DNA of 64,000 nucleotides from an uncultured Rhizobium sp. (GTDB lineage Bacteria > Pseudomonadota > Alphaproteobacteria > SMXQ01), in NCBI GenBank assembly GCA_964628235.1, contig CAZVLU010000013.1, positions 12,417 through 76,416 on the forward strand, given 5' to 3'. The notes beneath the pieces are model-generated. The model ran no database searches, had not been told where the DNA came from, and saw only the letters and a program-made list of their open reading frames with translations. A program made the translations under genes and the position numbers. Each line of letters opens with the position of its first letter. Position 1 is the stretch's first letter. This document shows, piece by piece, positions 25,199 through 36,120 of the stretch.

Positions 25199-25513
25199 AT
25201 GACCACACAGAATTTGAACCCGGCCGACCTCCCCTACGCGAAGGGCGCCGAAATGATCACCACCGCTTACAACCTGATCGCCGGCGTTGTCGCCGCGCTG
25301 ACCAAGCTGTACGGCGTCGTGTTCGAAGCCAACGAGATGCGCAACCGCTACTACGCGCTGAACGCGCTGAGCGACGCGAGCCTCAAGGCCGCCGGCCTGA
25401 GCCGCATCGACATCCCGCAGATCGTCGCCATCGAGGCCGGCCTCTTCACGCCGAACGAGGTCGCTCCGGTCGCCTCGAACAGCAACGAAGCGCTCGCCGC
25501 TCGCGTCGCCTAA
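25199..25513 (+). CDS. DUF1127-domain small protein
   Basis: Internal ATG with RBS gaaggaga; 104 aa. The segment RNRYYALNALSDASLKAAGLSRIDIPQ matches my memory of the DUF1127 pattern (R..L..LsD..L.D.Gl.R.di). Confidence 0.65.
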   Translation: MTTQNLNPADLPYAKGAEMITTAYNLIAGVVAALTKLYGVVFEANEMRNRYYALNALSDASLKAAGLSRIDIPQIVAIEAGLFTPNEVAPVASNSNEALAARVA

Positions 25514-25583
25514 CTACTAAGCCTACCGAGATCCGCGTAGCGTTCGCTTAAAGCGTACAGCGTCCGATACCTCCGCCGATCCC

Positions 25584-25609
25584 GAGACATCTCTCCCCCC
25601 AGATGTCTC
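25584..25609 (+). other. hairpin with a C-rich 8-nt loop in the 3' region of the DUF1127 gene
   Basis: Perfect 9-bp stem gagacatct / agatgtctc closing the loop CUCCCCCC. ACCUCCGCC lies 13 nt upstream. Confidence 0.5.
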
Positions 25610-25615
25610 ACCCCG

Positions 25616-25653
25616 CAAAGGGCGCCTCAGGATGAGGCGCCCTTTGTCCTTTT
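25616..25653 (+). terminator. intrinsic terminator of the DUF1127 transcription unit
   Basis: Perfect 14-bp stem caaagggcgcctca / tgaggcgccctttg with a 3-nt loop, followed by tccttttg. Confidence 0.8.
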
Positions 25654-25679
25654 GGGCCAAGCCCAACTCAAACATCACA

Positions 25680-26600
25680 TCAGCCGCGCCGCATGACGAG
25701 CGTCGGCCAGACGCCCCAATCCTTTGACGGCACGCGGATGCGCCGCACCAGCCGCAGGCCTTGGGCGCGATAGGCGGCGCGCACGGCGGCTTCCTGGCGG
25801 TCGAGCAGCCCCGACAGCACGACCGTGCCGCCCGGCGCTAGCCGCCGCGCCAGCGTCGGCGCTAGGCCGACCAGCGGCTTGGCCAGGATATTGGCGCAGA
25901 TCAGATCGTAGCGCGCACCGCGCGGCACACGGGAAAAGCCCTGGCTGAGCCCGGCCCGCACGAAGCGGCCGAGCTTGTTGGCTTTGGCGTTGGCGCGCGT
26001 GTTGCGCACCGCCCAGGGGTCGTTGTCGACGGCCAGCACCGGACATTTGCGCCGCGCCGCGACGGCCAGCGCGAGAATGCCCGAGCCGCAGCCGAGATCG
26101 AGCGTGCGCGGCCGCGCCATGCGATCGAGCAAGCGGTCGAGAGCCAACAGACAACCGCGCGTCGTGTCGTGGCGGCCCGAGCCGAAGGCAGGGCCGGCAT
26201 CCAACGTGAGCGCAAGGCTGCCGGGCGGCGGCGGCGTCTCGTCAAATGTGGCGCGCACGAAAAAACGCCCGGCGCGCACCGGCGGAAAGCCCTTGCGGTT
26301 CTCCGCCAGCCAATCGATCTGCGGCAATTTCTCGATATGCACTTCGGAGAGTTGCCAGCCGATGCGGCCGGCGGCACTCGCCAGCGCCGCCGTCACGGCG
26401 GAAATGTCGGGCTCGCGGTCGCAGATCGCCTCGATGCGCCAATCCTCGGCCGGGCGGTCGTTGCCCGGATCGCTGTCGGGCTCTGCCGCGCCGGTCTGCG
26501 CGCTGACCGACCCGAAATCGGAGAGCGCCGCCTCCAACGCCTCATAGGCGGCCTCGGGGGCGACGAGATGGATTTTCCACAGTTGCGGCCTATCGGTCAT
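25680..26600 (-). CDS. prmA: ribosomal protein L11 methyltransferase
   Basis: 306 aa. Motifs DAGPAFGSGRHDTTRGCL and SAM-binding LDLGCGSGILALA. Confidence 0.85.
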   Translation of the reverse strand: MTDRPQLWKIHLVAPEAAYEALEAALSDFGSVSAQTGAAEPDSDPGNDRPAEDWRIEAICDREPDISAVTAALASAAGRIGWQLSEVHIEKLPQIDWLAENRKGFPPVRAGRFFVRATFDETPPPPGSLALTLDAGPAFGSGRHDTTRGCLLALDRLLDRMARPRTLDLGCGSGILALAVAARRKCPVLAVDNDPWAVRNTRANAKANKLGRFVRAGLSQGFSRVPRGARYDLICANILAKPLVGLAPTLARRLAPGGTVVLSGLLDRQEAAVRAAYRAQGLRLVRRIRVPSKDWGVWPTLVMRRG

Positions 26601-26607
26601 GAACGGC

Positions 26608-28890
<2,283 letters not shown>

Positions 28891-29034
28891 TTGCCGTGAT
28901 TATAGCACCCGGCGCTGTCCGCCAAGCGCGAATTGCCCCCGAGAATCGTTCAGGAAAAGACGCCCGTAAAACAAGCTTTTGCAACGGTCGCAATAGCCGC
29001 TAGAGTTTTCCCGCACCATCTTGGGAGGCTGTCG

Positions 29035-30069
29035 ATGCGCCCCGCGTTCGCGTTGCCCCGTCTAATCTTGATCGCCTCATTCCTGATCGCGGCTAACGCG
29101 ATCGCTTTTTGCCTGCCGCTCGCGGCGCAAGAGGCTGTCAAGCTGACGCCCGACCGCATCGTGCAGTCGGTGGTGCAGATTCGCGCCGACATCCCTGCCG
29201 ACGCGCCTTCGGCGCGCCGTCTCGGCACCCGGCGTGAAGGCGGCGGCGCGGTGATCCGCGCCGACGGCGTGCCCGACGGCCATATCGTCACCATCGGCTA
29301 CCTGCTCACCGACGCCGCGTCGATCGAAGTCACCGACCACCGCGGCCGCAAGCGCGCGGCGCAGTCCGTCGGCTTCGATCAGGCGAGCGGCCTCGGCCTC
29401 ATCAAACTGTCAGGCGCCGCCGACCTGCCGGCGCTCGACATCGGCAGCACGCAGAATCTCGCTCCGCGCCAGCCGGTGATCGTCGCCAGCGACAGCAGCG
29501 TGAAAGGCTTGCAGCCGGCTATCGTCGCCTCGGTGCGCGCCTACGCCGCGTCATGGGAATATATGTTGGAGCGCGCCATTTTCGCTTCGCCGCCGATCGA
29601 GCGCTTCGGCGGCGCGCCGCTGCTCGGCGGCGACGGCAAGCTGATCGGCATCGGCTCTTTGCTGATCAACGACGCGGTGCCCGGCCAGGCGCTGCCCGGC
29701 AACATGTTCGTGCCGGCCGATTTGCTGCGCCCGGTGATCGCCGAGATGGTGGCGAGCGGCCGGCCCAAGGCCAGCCGCCCCTGGCTCGGCCTGAACGCCG
29801 ACGAAATTCAGAAGGATGGCGTGCTGGTGGTCGGCAACATCACGCGCGACGGGCCGGCGGCGAAAGCCGGCCTCAAGCGCGGCGACGTGGTGTTCGGCCT
29901 CGACGGCAAGCCGATCAAAGGCCTCGCCGACTTTTACAAGCGGCTGTGGAGCATGGGCGAGCCGGGCGTCGAAGTGCCGCTCAAGGTGATGCAAGCCGAC
30001 GGCGTGCGCGTGCTGCGCCTGCAATCGGGCGATCGCTACAGCAACATGCGGGCGCAACCGACGTATTAA
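29035..30069 (+). CDS. secreted S1C (DegP/HtrA-like) trypsin-fold plus PDZ protein with degenerate catalytic triad positions
   Basis: Internal ATG with RBS gggagg, and a signal peptide. Trypsin-fold layout followed by a PDZ-like GNITRDGPAAKAGLKRGDVVFGLDG. The positions expected for His/Asp/Ser read TIGYLL, SGLGLIKL and ERFGGAPLL. Confidence 0.7.
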   Translation: MRPAFALPRLILIASFLIAANAIAFCLPLAAQEAVKLTPDRIVQSVVQIRADIPADAPSARRLGTRREGGGAVIRADGVPDGHIVTIGYLLTDAASIEVTDHRGRKRAAQSVGFDQASGLGLIKLSGAADLPALDIGSTQNLAPRQPVIVASDSSVKGLQPAIVASVRAYAASWEYMLERAIFASPPIERFGGAPLLGGDGKLIGIGSLLINDAVPGQALPGNMFVPADLLRPVIAEMVASGRPKASRPWLGLNADEIQKDGVLVVGNITRDGPAAKAGLKRGDVVFGLDGKPIKGLADFYKRLWSMGEPGVEVPLKVMQADGVRVLRLQSGDRYSNMRAQPTY

Positions 30070-30078
30070 AACGGCCTG

Positions 30079-31059
30079 TCAGCGCTCGTTCTCTTCGCCG
30101 GACGCGCGCTGCAAGAGCGGATTGAGGGTCGCGTGCAGCGGCGGCCGCGCCTTCATGTAATCCTTCACGCGCTTCGTCAGATAGTCGATGAAGACCCGCA
30201 TGCGCAGCGGCAGGCGGCGGTCCTTCTGATAAATGACATAGAGCGTGCGCTCGTCGATGACATGATCCGTCAGGACAGGCACCAGCGCCCCGGCAGCGAT
30301 GTCGTCGAGAATCAGATATTCGCGCAGAATCGCCACCCCAAGACCGGCCAATGCCGCGTCGCGGATGACGAAGCTGCTGTTGGCGCGCGGCGCGCCGGAA
30401 ACGCGCACCGTCTGCGGCCGGGCGCCGTCCTTGCCGCGGAAATCCCAGCTATATTGGGCGGCGCCGCTCGGATCGAGGCAGTTGTGGCTGGTGAGATCGG
30501 CGGGCCGCTGTGGCGTGACGTGCGTCTCGAGATAGCTCGGCGCGGCGACCAGCACGCGCGGCAGCCCCGTGATGGCACGCGCGATGAGCGACGAATCGCG
30601 CACCGGCAGAGTGCGCACGGCGATGTCGAACCCGCCGCTGATCAAATCCATGCCGTGCGACGCGGTTTCGCGATCGGCGAGCGTCACCTGCACAGAAATC
30701 GTCGGATAAAGCCGGCAGAATTCGGCGATGATCGGCCCTAGAATTGTCTCGCCGAAGGTTTTGGATGAGACGATCTTCAATTCGCCGCTCGGCGCGGCGC
30801 TCTTGGACTGGACGCGCTCTTCGATGTCGCGCAAATCGGCCAATAGTCCCAGCGCGCTTTCGTAATAGTCGCCGCCGATGCCGGTGACGCTGAGCCCATG
30901 GGTGTTCCGGTTCAGCAGCTTGGCCCCGAGCGCGGCTTCGAGATCCTGAATGCGCTTGCTGACCATGGCGCGGGTCACGCCCAACTCGCGGGCGGCGCGG
31001 GTATAGCTGCCGCTTTTCACCACGGCTGCGTAAGTCTCCATAAGCTTAAGGCGGTCCAT
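30079..31059 (-). CDS. LysR-family transcriptional regulator
   Basis: 326 aa with N-terminal wHTH YTRAARELGVTRAMVSKRIQDLEAALGAKLLNRNTHG. Divergent from the 31196-36082 operon. Confidence 0.9.
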   Translation of the reverse strand: MDRLKLMETYAAVVKSGSYTRAARELGVTRAMVSKRIQDLEAALGAKLLNRNTHGLSVTGIGGDYYESALGLLADLRDIEERVQSKSAAPSGELKIVSSKTFGETILGPIIAEFCRLYPTISVQVTLADRETASHGMDLISGGFDIAVRTLPVRDSSLIARAITGLPRVLVAAPSYLETHVTPQRPADLTSHNCLDPSGAAQYSWDFRGKDGARPQTVRVSGAPRANSSFVIRDAALAGLGVAILREYLILDDIAAGALVPVLTDHVIDERTLYVIYQKDRRLPLRMRVFIDYLTKRVKDYMKARPPLHATLNPLLQRASGEENER

Positions 31060-31067
31060 GCGTCCTC

Positions 31068-31092
31068 CTGTGTCAAATCATACTTGACACAG
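31068..31092. promoter_or_regulatory. perfect 9-7-9 inverted repeat, candidate LysR operator in the divergent promoter region
   Basis: CTGTGTCAA-atcatac-TTGACACAG, starting 9 nt from the LysR start codon. The right arm contains a TTGACA hexamer that could serve as -35 for the + strand operon. Confidence 0.5.
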
Positions 31093-31195
31093 TTATGAAC
31101 CGAAAGGGCGTATTCGCCGCCGTCCCAGTCGCTAGATTGGCCCCAACACAACAGGCCGCACATAAAGCTGGCCGCTCACATGAGGGAGACGCCCG

Positions 31196-31975
31196 ATGTA
31201 CACGCCCGATCAATTCAGAGAAGAAATCCTCGATAGCTTTGTCAAATTGCGCTGGAGCGTTCCCACCCTCTGGGAAGAATACCGCGACAATAATTTGACG
31301 CGCGAAGGCGCGCGCATCTATGCGCTGGAGCATTGCGTGTTCGCCGCCAATTTCCCGCGCTGGCTGGCCAACATCACCGGCAACTGCCCGCATCTGGAAG
31401 TGCGCAGCTATCTGATCGAGAACATGTTCGTGGAAGAGGTGAAAGACCCGACGATCGTCACCGGCCACTACGAAAGCTTGGTCGATTTCGCCGTGGCGCT
31501 CGGCGTCGATCGCCAGTTCATCTACAACTACAACGGTGCGCCGGTCACCATGATGCGCATCGCTTACTGCGATTGGGTGAGCCGCACGAAGCCCTGGCTC
31601 GAGGCTTTCGCATGCATCGCCGGCAACGAAGCGTCGCGCGGCAAGGAAGTGATCGCCCGCGTCGGCGAACGCGCCCGTACGTCGCGCAACATGTGGAAGG
31701 CGCTTAACCTTTCGCAGAAAGCGCTGGCCCATTGGGACGCCGCCGACGAAGCGGACTCCTCCGACGGCGGCCACGGCGACGCGCCGCTCGACATCATGAC
31801 GAAATATGCCGACACGACGGAGAAGCAGCAGGCTTGCCTTGCCGCGATCCGTGATCGCCAGGCGGTCAATACCGTGTGGTTCAATCAGATCGGCGAATGG
31901 GCTTACGAAGCCTCCGGCCTCAAGCCGCCGCGCGTCAATAAGCAAGCGGCGCCGAACCCGCGCCTCGCGGCCTAA
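31196..31975 (+). CDS. heme-oxygenase-like fold protein (PqqC/TenA/'iron-containing redox enzyme' type)
   Basis: 259 aa, RBS gagggag, predicted all-helical. RIYALEHCVFAANFPRWL and later E/H-rich helices resemble the PqqC/CADD-type fold as I recall it. Family assignment is not verified. Confidence 0.5.
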   Translation: MYTPDQFREEILDSFVKLRWSVPTLWEEYRDNNLTREGARIYALEHCVFAANFPRWLANITGNCPHLEVRSYLIENMFVEEVKDPTIVTGHYESLVDFAVALGVDRQFIYNYNGAPVTMMRIAYCDWVSRTKPWLEAFACIAGNEASRGKEVIARVGERARTSRNMWKALNLSQKALAHWDAADEADSSDGGHGDAPLDIMTKYADTTEKQQACLAAIRDRQAVNTVWFNQIGEWAYEASGLKPPRVNKQAAPNPRLAA

Positions 31976-32050
31976 GCACGACATCCATCCGCCTGCCGGC
32001 CTAGCGCCGGCGGGCGGAGTTTTTTGCTTCTGTCGCCGCGTGAGGTCTTG

Positions 32051-32809
32051 TTGATACAAGTCCGTAAAACAGCCGTTGTCACGGGCGGGGCTGCCGGAAT
32101 CGGCCTCGAAATCGTGCGCCATCTCGCCGCCGAAGGCATGTCCGTGCTCGCCGCCGATCGCGATGGCGCGGCTTGCGAACGCGCGTCAAAAAGCCTAGCC
32201 GAATATAAAGACCGCATCCGCGTGATCGTCGCCGATATCGGCACGCCGGAGGGCGCACGAGCCGCTGTCGACGGCGCTGTGGCGGCGTTCGGTCGCCTCG
32301 ATCTTCTTTGCAACAACGCCGCCGCCCACCCCTTCGAAATGGTCGAGGGTCACAATATCGATCATTGGCGCGAAACCTTCCGCGTCAATGTCGACGGCAC
32401 CATGCTGTGCAGCCAGGCCGCCCTGCCTCACATGCGCGCGCAAGGCGGCGGCAGCATCGTCAATATCGGCTCGATCAGCGGCGTGCTCTCCTATGCCGGC
32501 GGCGCGGCCTACGCCGCCTCCAAGGCCGCCGTCGCCATGTTCACCAAGACCCTGGCGCTCGAAGCCGGTCCCGACGGCATCCGCGTCAATTGCATATGCC
32601 CAGGCACGATCCGCCATCGCCCGGCATCCGCCGACGACGATAAGCCGGCCCATATCCCGCTCGGCCGCGCCGGCACACCGGCCGACGTGGCGCATCTCGT
32701 GTCGTTTCTCGCGTCCGACGCTGCCAGTTACATGACCGGCGCTGTCATCACGCTCGACGGCGGCGCGACGGTCGGGCGTGCCCGCGTCAGCAAACGCCGC
32801 GCACCATAG
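32051..32809 (+). CDS. short-chain dehydrogenase/reductase (SDR)
   Basis: Motifs AVVTGGAAGIG (TGxxxGxG), NNAA and catalytic YAASKAA. TTG 32051 chosen as start (GAGG 5 nt upstream); the ORF track starts at TTG 32024. Confidence 0.85.
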   Translation: MIQVRKTAVVTGGAAGIGLEIVRHLAAEGMSVLAADRDGAACERASKSLAEYKDRIRVIVADIGTPEGARAAVDGAVAAFGRLDLLCNNAAAHPFEMVEGHNIDHWRETFRVNVDGTMLCSQAALPHMRAQGGGSIVNIGSISGVLSYAGGAAYAASKAAVAMFTKTLALEAGPDGIRVNCICPGTIRHRPASADDDKPAHIPLGRAGTPADVAHLVSFLASDAASYMTGAVITLDGGATVGRARVSKRRAP

Positions 32810-32817
32810 GAGAAATT

Positions 32818-33996
32818 ATGCCGTACGCCCCCATGCCTCCCGAAGCGGCCATCGCCATCAACGACATGCTCGAGCATTGCGCCCGCCTGCAACCGGGCCA
32901 GAACGTGCTGATCGTCGCCGCGCCGGACGGGCTTCATGGCGGCCGCAACATCGTCGACGAAACCGCTATCGCTTGGGTGCAGGCCGCCGTGCAGCAGCGC
33001 GGCGCGCACCCCACCGTGATGTGGGTCGACATGCCGGTACGGCCAAACGTCATCTGGCCGGACATTCCGACCAAGGAGACGATCTGGCGCGTGCCGCCGG
33101 TCCTCAAACATGCCGTGAAGGGCGCCGATCTCGTCATCAGCCATGTTCTCGATCTCTCCTCCGAGGAGGAGACCAAGGAATGGAACGACATCCTCGCCGA
33201 AAATAAGGTGCCGATGGTGCGCAACATGGCGACCACGGCGCCGTTGCTGTGCAGCGCCTGGGCGCGCACGCCGCACGAATTGATCTCGGAAATCCGCTAT
33301 CGCATGGCCGAAATGATGAAGCCGGGCGACCGTTGGAGCCTCACCCATCCAAACGGCACCCATCTCGAAGGCAGTTCGGGCGCGCCGATCCGCGGCGGCG
33401 ACAGCTATGCCTATTGGCGTCATGACGGGCGCTACCGGCCGTTTCCGGAAGGCATCTATCCGGCGGTCAACCCGCTCGACACCCAAGGCGTTTTCGTTTG
33501 CGACCGGATGATGCCGGTCTGGGCGCGCCACATCGGCATCCCGCCGCGCTTCAGCGCGCCGGTGCGCATCACCGTCGAAAACAACCACATGACCAAATTC
33601 GAGGGCGGGCCGGAAGCGGTCGTCATCGAACGATTCCTGCGCGAATTGGCCAAGAGCGTCGGCGACGATTACGCCTTCGAAATCCGCGGGCCGCACGGCG
33701 GCGTGCACCCTTGCGCCAGCGTTACCCCGGCGCAATGCCCCGATGAGGACTACCGCGAGTTCATCGCCTCGTTCCACAGCGGCGCCGTACATATGCATCT
33801 CGGCCGCGGCGGTAAGAACTTTCCCTACAACCTGCACACGGCAGCCGAGGCGCGCGGCGCGACGCTCGTCGTCGGCAATCAGACGCTACACGACAACGGC
33901 AGGCTCGGCGTGCTCGACCACCCCTCGGTGCGCGCCGTCGCCGCGAAATATCCCGGCCGTCCCGGCCTAGATGGCGAAAGGTGGCTCTACGGCTAA
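32818..33996 (+). CDS. M29 aminopeptidase-fold / NicX-like metalloprotein, function unknown
   Basis: 392 aa, RBS aggag. The N-terminal CARLQPGQNVLIVAAPDG and C-terminal HSGAVHMHLGRGG resemble the M29 (AmpS/aminopeptidase T) and 2,5-dihydroxypyridine dioxygenase NicX fold as I remember it. Confidence 0.45.
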   Translation: MPYAPMPPEAAIAINDMLEHCARLQPGQNVLIVAAPDGLHGGRNIVDETAIAWVQAAVQQRGAHPTVMWVDMPVRPNVIWPDIPTKETIWRVPPVLKHAVKGADLVISHVLDLSSEEETKEWNDILAENKVPMVRNMATTAPLLCSAWARTPHELISEIRYRMAEMMKPGDRWSLTHPNGTHLEGSSGAPIRGGDSYAYWRHDGRYRPFPEGIYPAVNPLDTQGVFVCDRMMPVWARHIGIPPRFSAPVRITVENNHMTKFEGGPEAVVIERFLRELAKSVGDDYAFEIRGPHGGVHPCASVTPAQCPDEDYREFIASFHSGAVHMHLGRGGKNFPYNLHTAAEARGATLVVGNQTLHDNGRLGVLDHPSVRAVAAKYPGRPGLDGERWLYG

Positions 33997-34061
33997 GCCG
34001 CCGCACGAAGAGACGCGACCGCAAAAATGCGGCGCTAAAGAATCAATAGAGGGAGGAAAGC

Positions 34062-35087
34062 ATGTCCAAGTTCATCACAGGGTTCGCTTGCGGGACTGTC
34101 GTCGCTGTCGCGGCGACAGTCGCCGTGCCAGGCTCAGCATGGGCGCAAAGCGATAATTATTATGCCGGCAAGCGCATGAGCGTCGTCATCGGTTACGCTG
34201 CCGGCGGCACAGCAGATACCGACGGTCGCCTGGTCGCCCAATTCCTCGGAAAGCATATTCCCGGCCACCCGACCATCATCGCCCAGAACCAGCCGGGCGC
34301 CGGCGGTCTTGCCTCGATCAACACCGCATATAATGTCGCGGCGGCGGACGGGCTCTCGATCTATCAGCTCGGCAGCGGCCATTACCTGCAGCAGCTCGCC
34401 GGCTCTAGCGTGGTCAAGTTCGACCTCAGCAAAATGCCGGTGCTGGGCAGTTGGACGCGCAGCACTTACGCTCTCGTCGTGCGGAGCGACAAGTTCAAGA
34501 GCATCGAGGACATCCGCAAATCCTCCACCCCGCCGGCCATCGGCACGCAGGGCCTCGGCACCGGCACCTATCTGTTCAGCCTGGTGTGGCAGAACGCGCT
34601 GGGCATCAAGCTCAACATGGTCCACGGCTACGAAAGCGCCGAGCAGGATTTAGCGATCGAGCGTGGCGAGATCGACGGTCGCACCAATACGACCGAAAGC
34701 ATCGTCCGCGCCCGGCCGCAGTGGCTCAGCAGCGGCTTCGCCAAGGTGCTCGCCGTGAGCGGCACCGAACGCGATCCGCTCATCCCCGACGCGCCAACCG
34801 TGCGCGAGCTCGTGGCCGACCCCGGCGCGCTGTTCGAGACGATCAACGAAGGTCTGTCGGCGGCGCGGCCCTACGTGCTGCCGCCGAAGACTCCCAACGA
34901 ACGCGTCGTCACGCTCCGCAAGGCATGGAACGACATGCTTCAGGATCAAGAGTTCATCGCCGAGCTCGAAAGACGGAAATTCAAGTTCATTCCGGTGAAG
35001 GGCGAAGAATTGGAGGCGTTCTATCGCCGGGTCGTCGCCGACACGCCGACTGAAGTCATCGATATTCTAAAGGCGAATTTCAAATAG
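34062..35087 (+). CDS. Bug/TctC-family periplasmic solute-binding protein
   Basis: 341 aa, RBS gagggagg, signal peptide ending AWAQ. Core YYAGKRMSVVIGYAAGGTAD...GKHIPGHPTIIAQNQPGAGG. Confidence 0.85.
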   Translation: MSKFITGFACGTVVAVAATVAVPGSAWAQSDNYYAGKRMSVVIGYAAGGTADTDGRLVAQFLGKHIPGHPTIIAQNQPGAGGLASINTAYNVAAADGLSIYQLGSGHYLQQLAGSSVVKFDLSKMPVLGSWTRSTYALVVRSDKFKSIEDIRKSSTPPAIGTQGLGTGTYLFSLVWQNALGIKLNMVHGYESAEQDLAIERGEIDGRTNTTESIVRARPQWLSSGFAKVLAVSGTERDPLIPDAPTVRELVADPGALFETINEGLSAARPYVLPPKTPNERVVTLRKAWNDMLQDQEFIAELERRKFKFIPVKGEELEAFYRRVVADTPTEVIDILKANFK

Positions 35088-35125
35088 ATGCCTGCGCCGG
35101 CATGCTGAATGTCAGGGAGTGAAAA

Positions 35126-36082
35126 ATGATCCGGTCCGACGAGCTATCCGGCCTTATGGCCATGATGCCCGCATTCGCCACCGACGATGCGGCCGATATT
35201 CACGCCACCCAGACGATCGCGCTCGATCGTCTGGAGAAGGGCCTCAACCGCATGATCGGCGACGGCGCCGACGTCATCTCCACAGCAGGCAGCTTCGGCG
35301 AGTTTCACACGCTGCTTCCCGACGAATACGAGACGCTCGCCCGCGCCGCCACCGAGATCAACAATCGCCGCGTGCCGATGTTCGTCGGCGCCACCGGGCT
35401 GAACACCCGCGACGTGATCGCCAAGTTAAAGATCATCAACGAAACGAAAGCGGCGGGAGCGTTGATCGGCGTGCCGTTTTATTTTCCCTCATCGCCGCAG
35501 AACGCTGTGCGGTTCTTTCAGGACATCGCCGAGCTGTTCCCCAAGCTTGGCATCATGGTTTATCACAACCCGCCGCTGCACAATATCAAGCTGACGCTCG
35601 GCATTATCCAGGAATTGCTCAAGATTCCGAACATCGTCGCCATGAAGGACAGCCATCGCGAGCCGCCGGAGTTCATGCGGCTGATCGACATCGCGCGTGG
35701 CAAGATGACGGTGTTCTGCAACCAATGGCAGTACGCCACCTATGGTCAGGTCGGCGCTCGCGGCTTTTGGTCCATCGAGGCCTGGATGGGACCCTGGCCG
35801 CAACTGGCGCTCCGCAACGCCATGGCGCGCGGCGACATCGCGCGGGCGACAGAGATAACCCTCGACCTGACGCCGCCGATCGGGGCCACGCCGCCGAGCT
35901 TGTCCTGGCGCGAAACGGCGGCGAAGATCGGCATCCGCTATGCCGGATATGTCGATCCCGGCCCCTTGCGCCCGCCGTTCCTCGAAATCCCCCCCGAGGT
36001 CGATGCCGCACAAAAGCGCAAAGCCGAGCGCTGGCAAACGCTCTGCGAGAAGTATCGCGCCGACTGCCGGGTGCCGGCCTGA
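35126..36082 (+). CDS. DapA/N-acetylneuraminate-lyase superfamily class I aldolase
   Basis: 318 aa, RBS gggag. Family layout with GVPFYFP (Tyr region) and a Schiff-base lysine context IVAMKDSH. Confidence 0.75.
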   Translation: MIRSDELSGLMAMMPAFATDDAADIHATQTIALDRLEKGLNRMIGDGADVISTAGSFGEFHTLLPDEYETLARAATEINNRRVPMFVGATGLNTRDVIAKLKIINETKAAGALIGVPFYFPSSPQNAVRFFQDIAELFPKLGIMVYHNPPLHNIKLTLGIIQELLKIPNIVAMKDSHREPPEFMRLIDIARGKMTVFCNQWQYATYGQVGARGFWSIEAWMGPWPQLALRNAMARGDIARATEITLDLTPPIGATPPSLSWRETAAKIGIRYAGYVDPGPLRPPFLEIPPEVDAAQKRKAERWQTLCEKYRADCRVPA

Positions 36083-36120
36083 GGAGATTCTCTCGGCGGA
36101 TCGAGCTAAGAAACTTTAAG

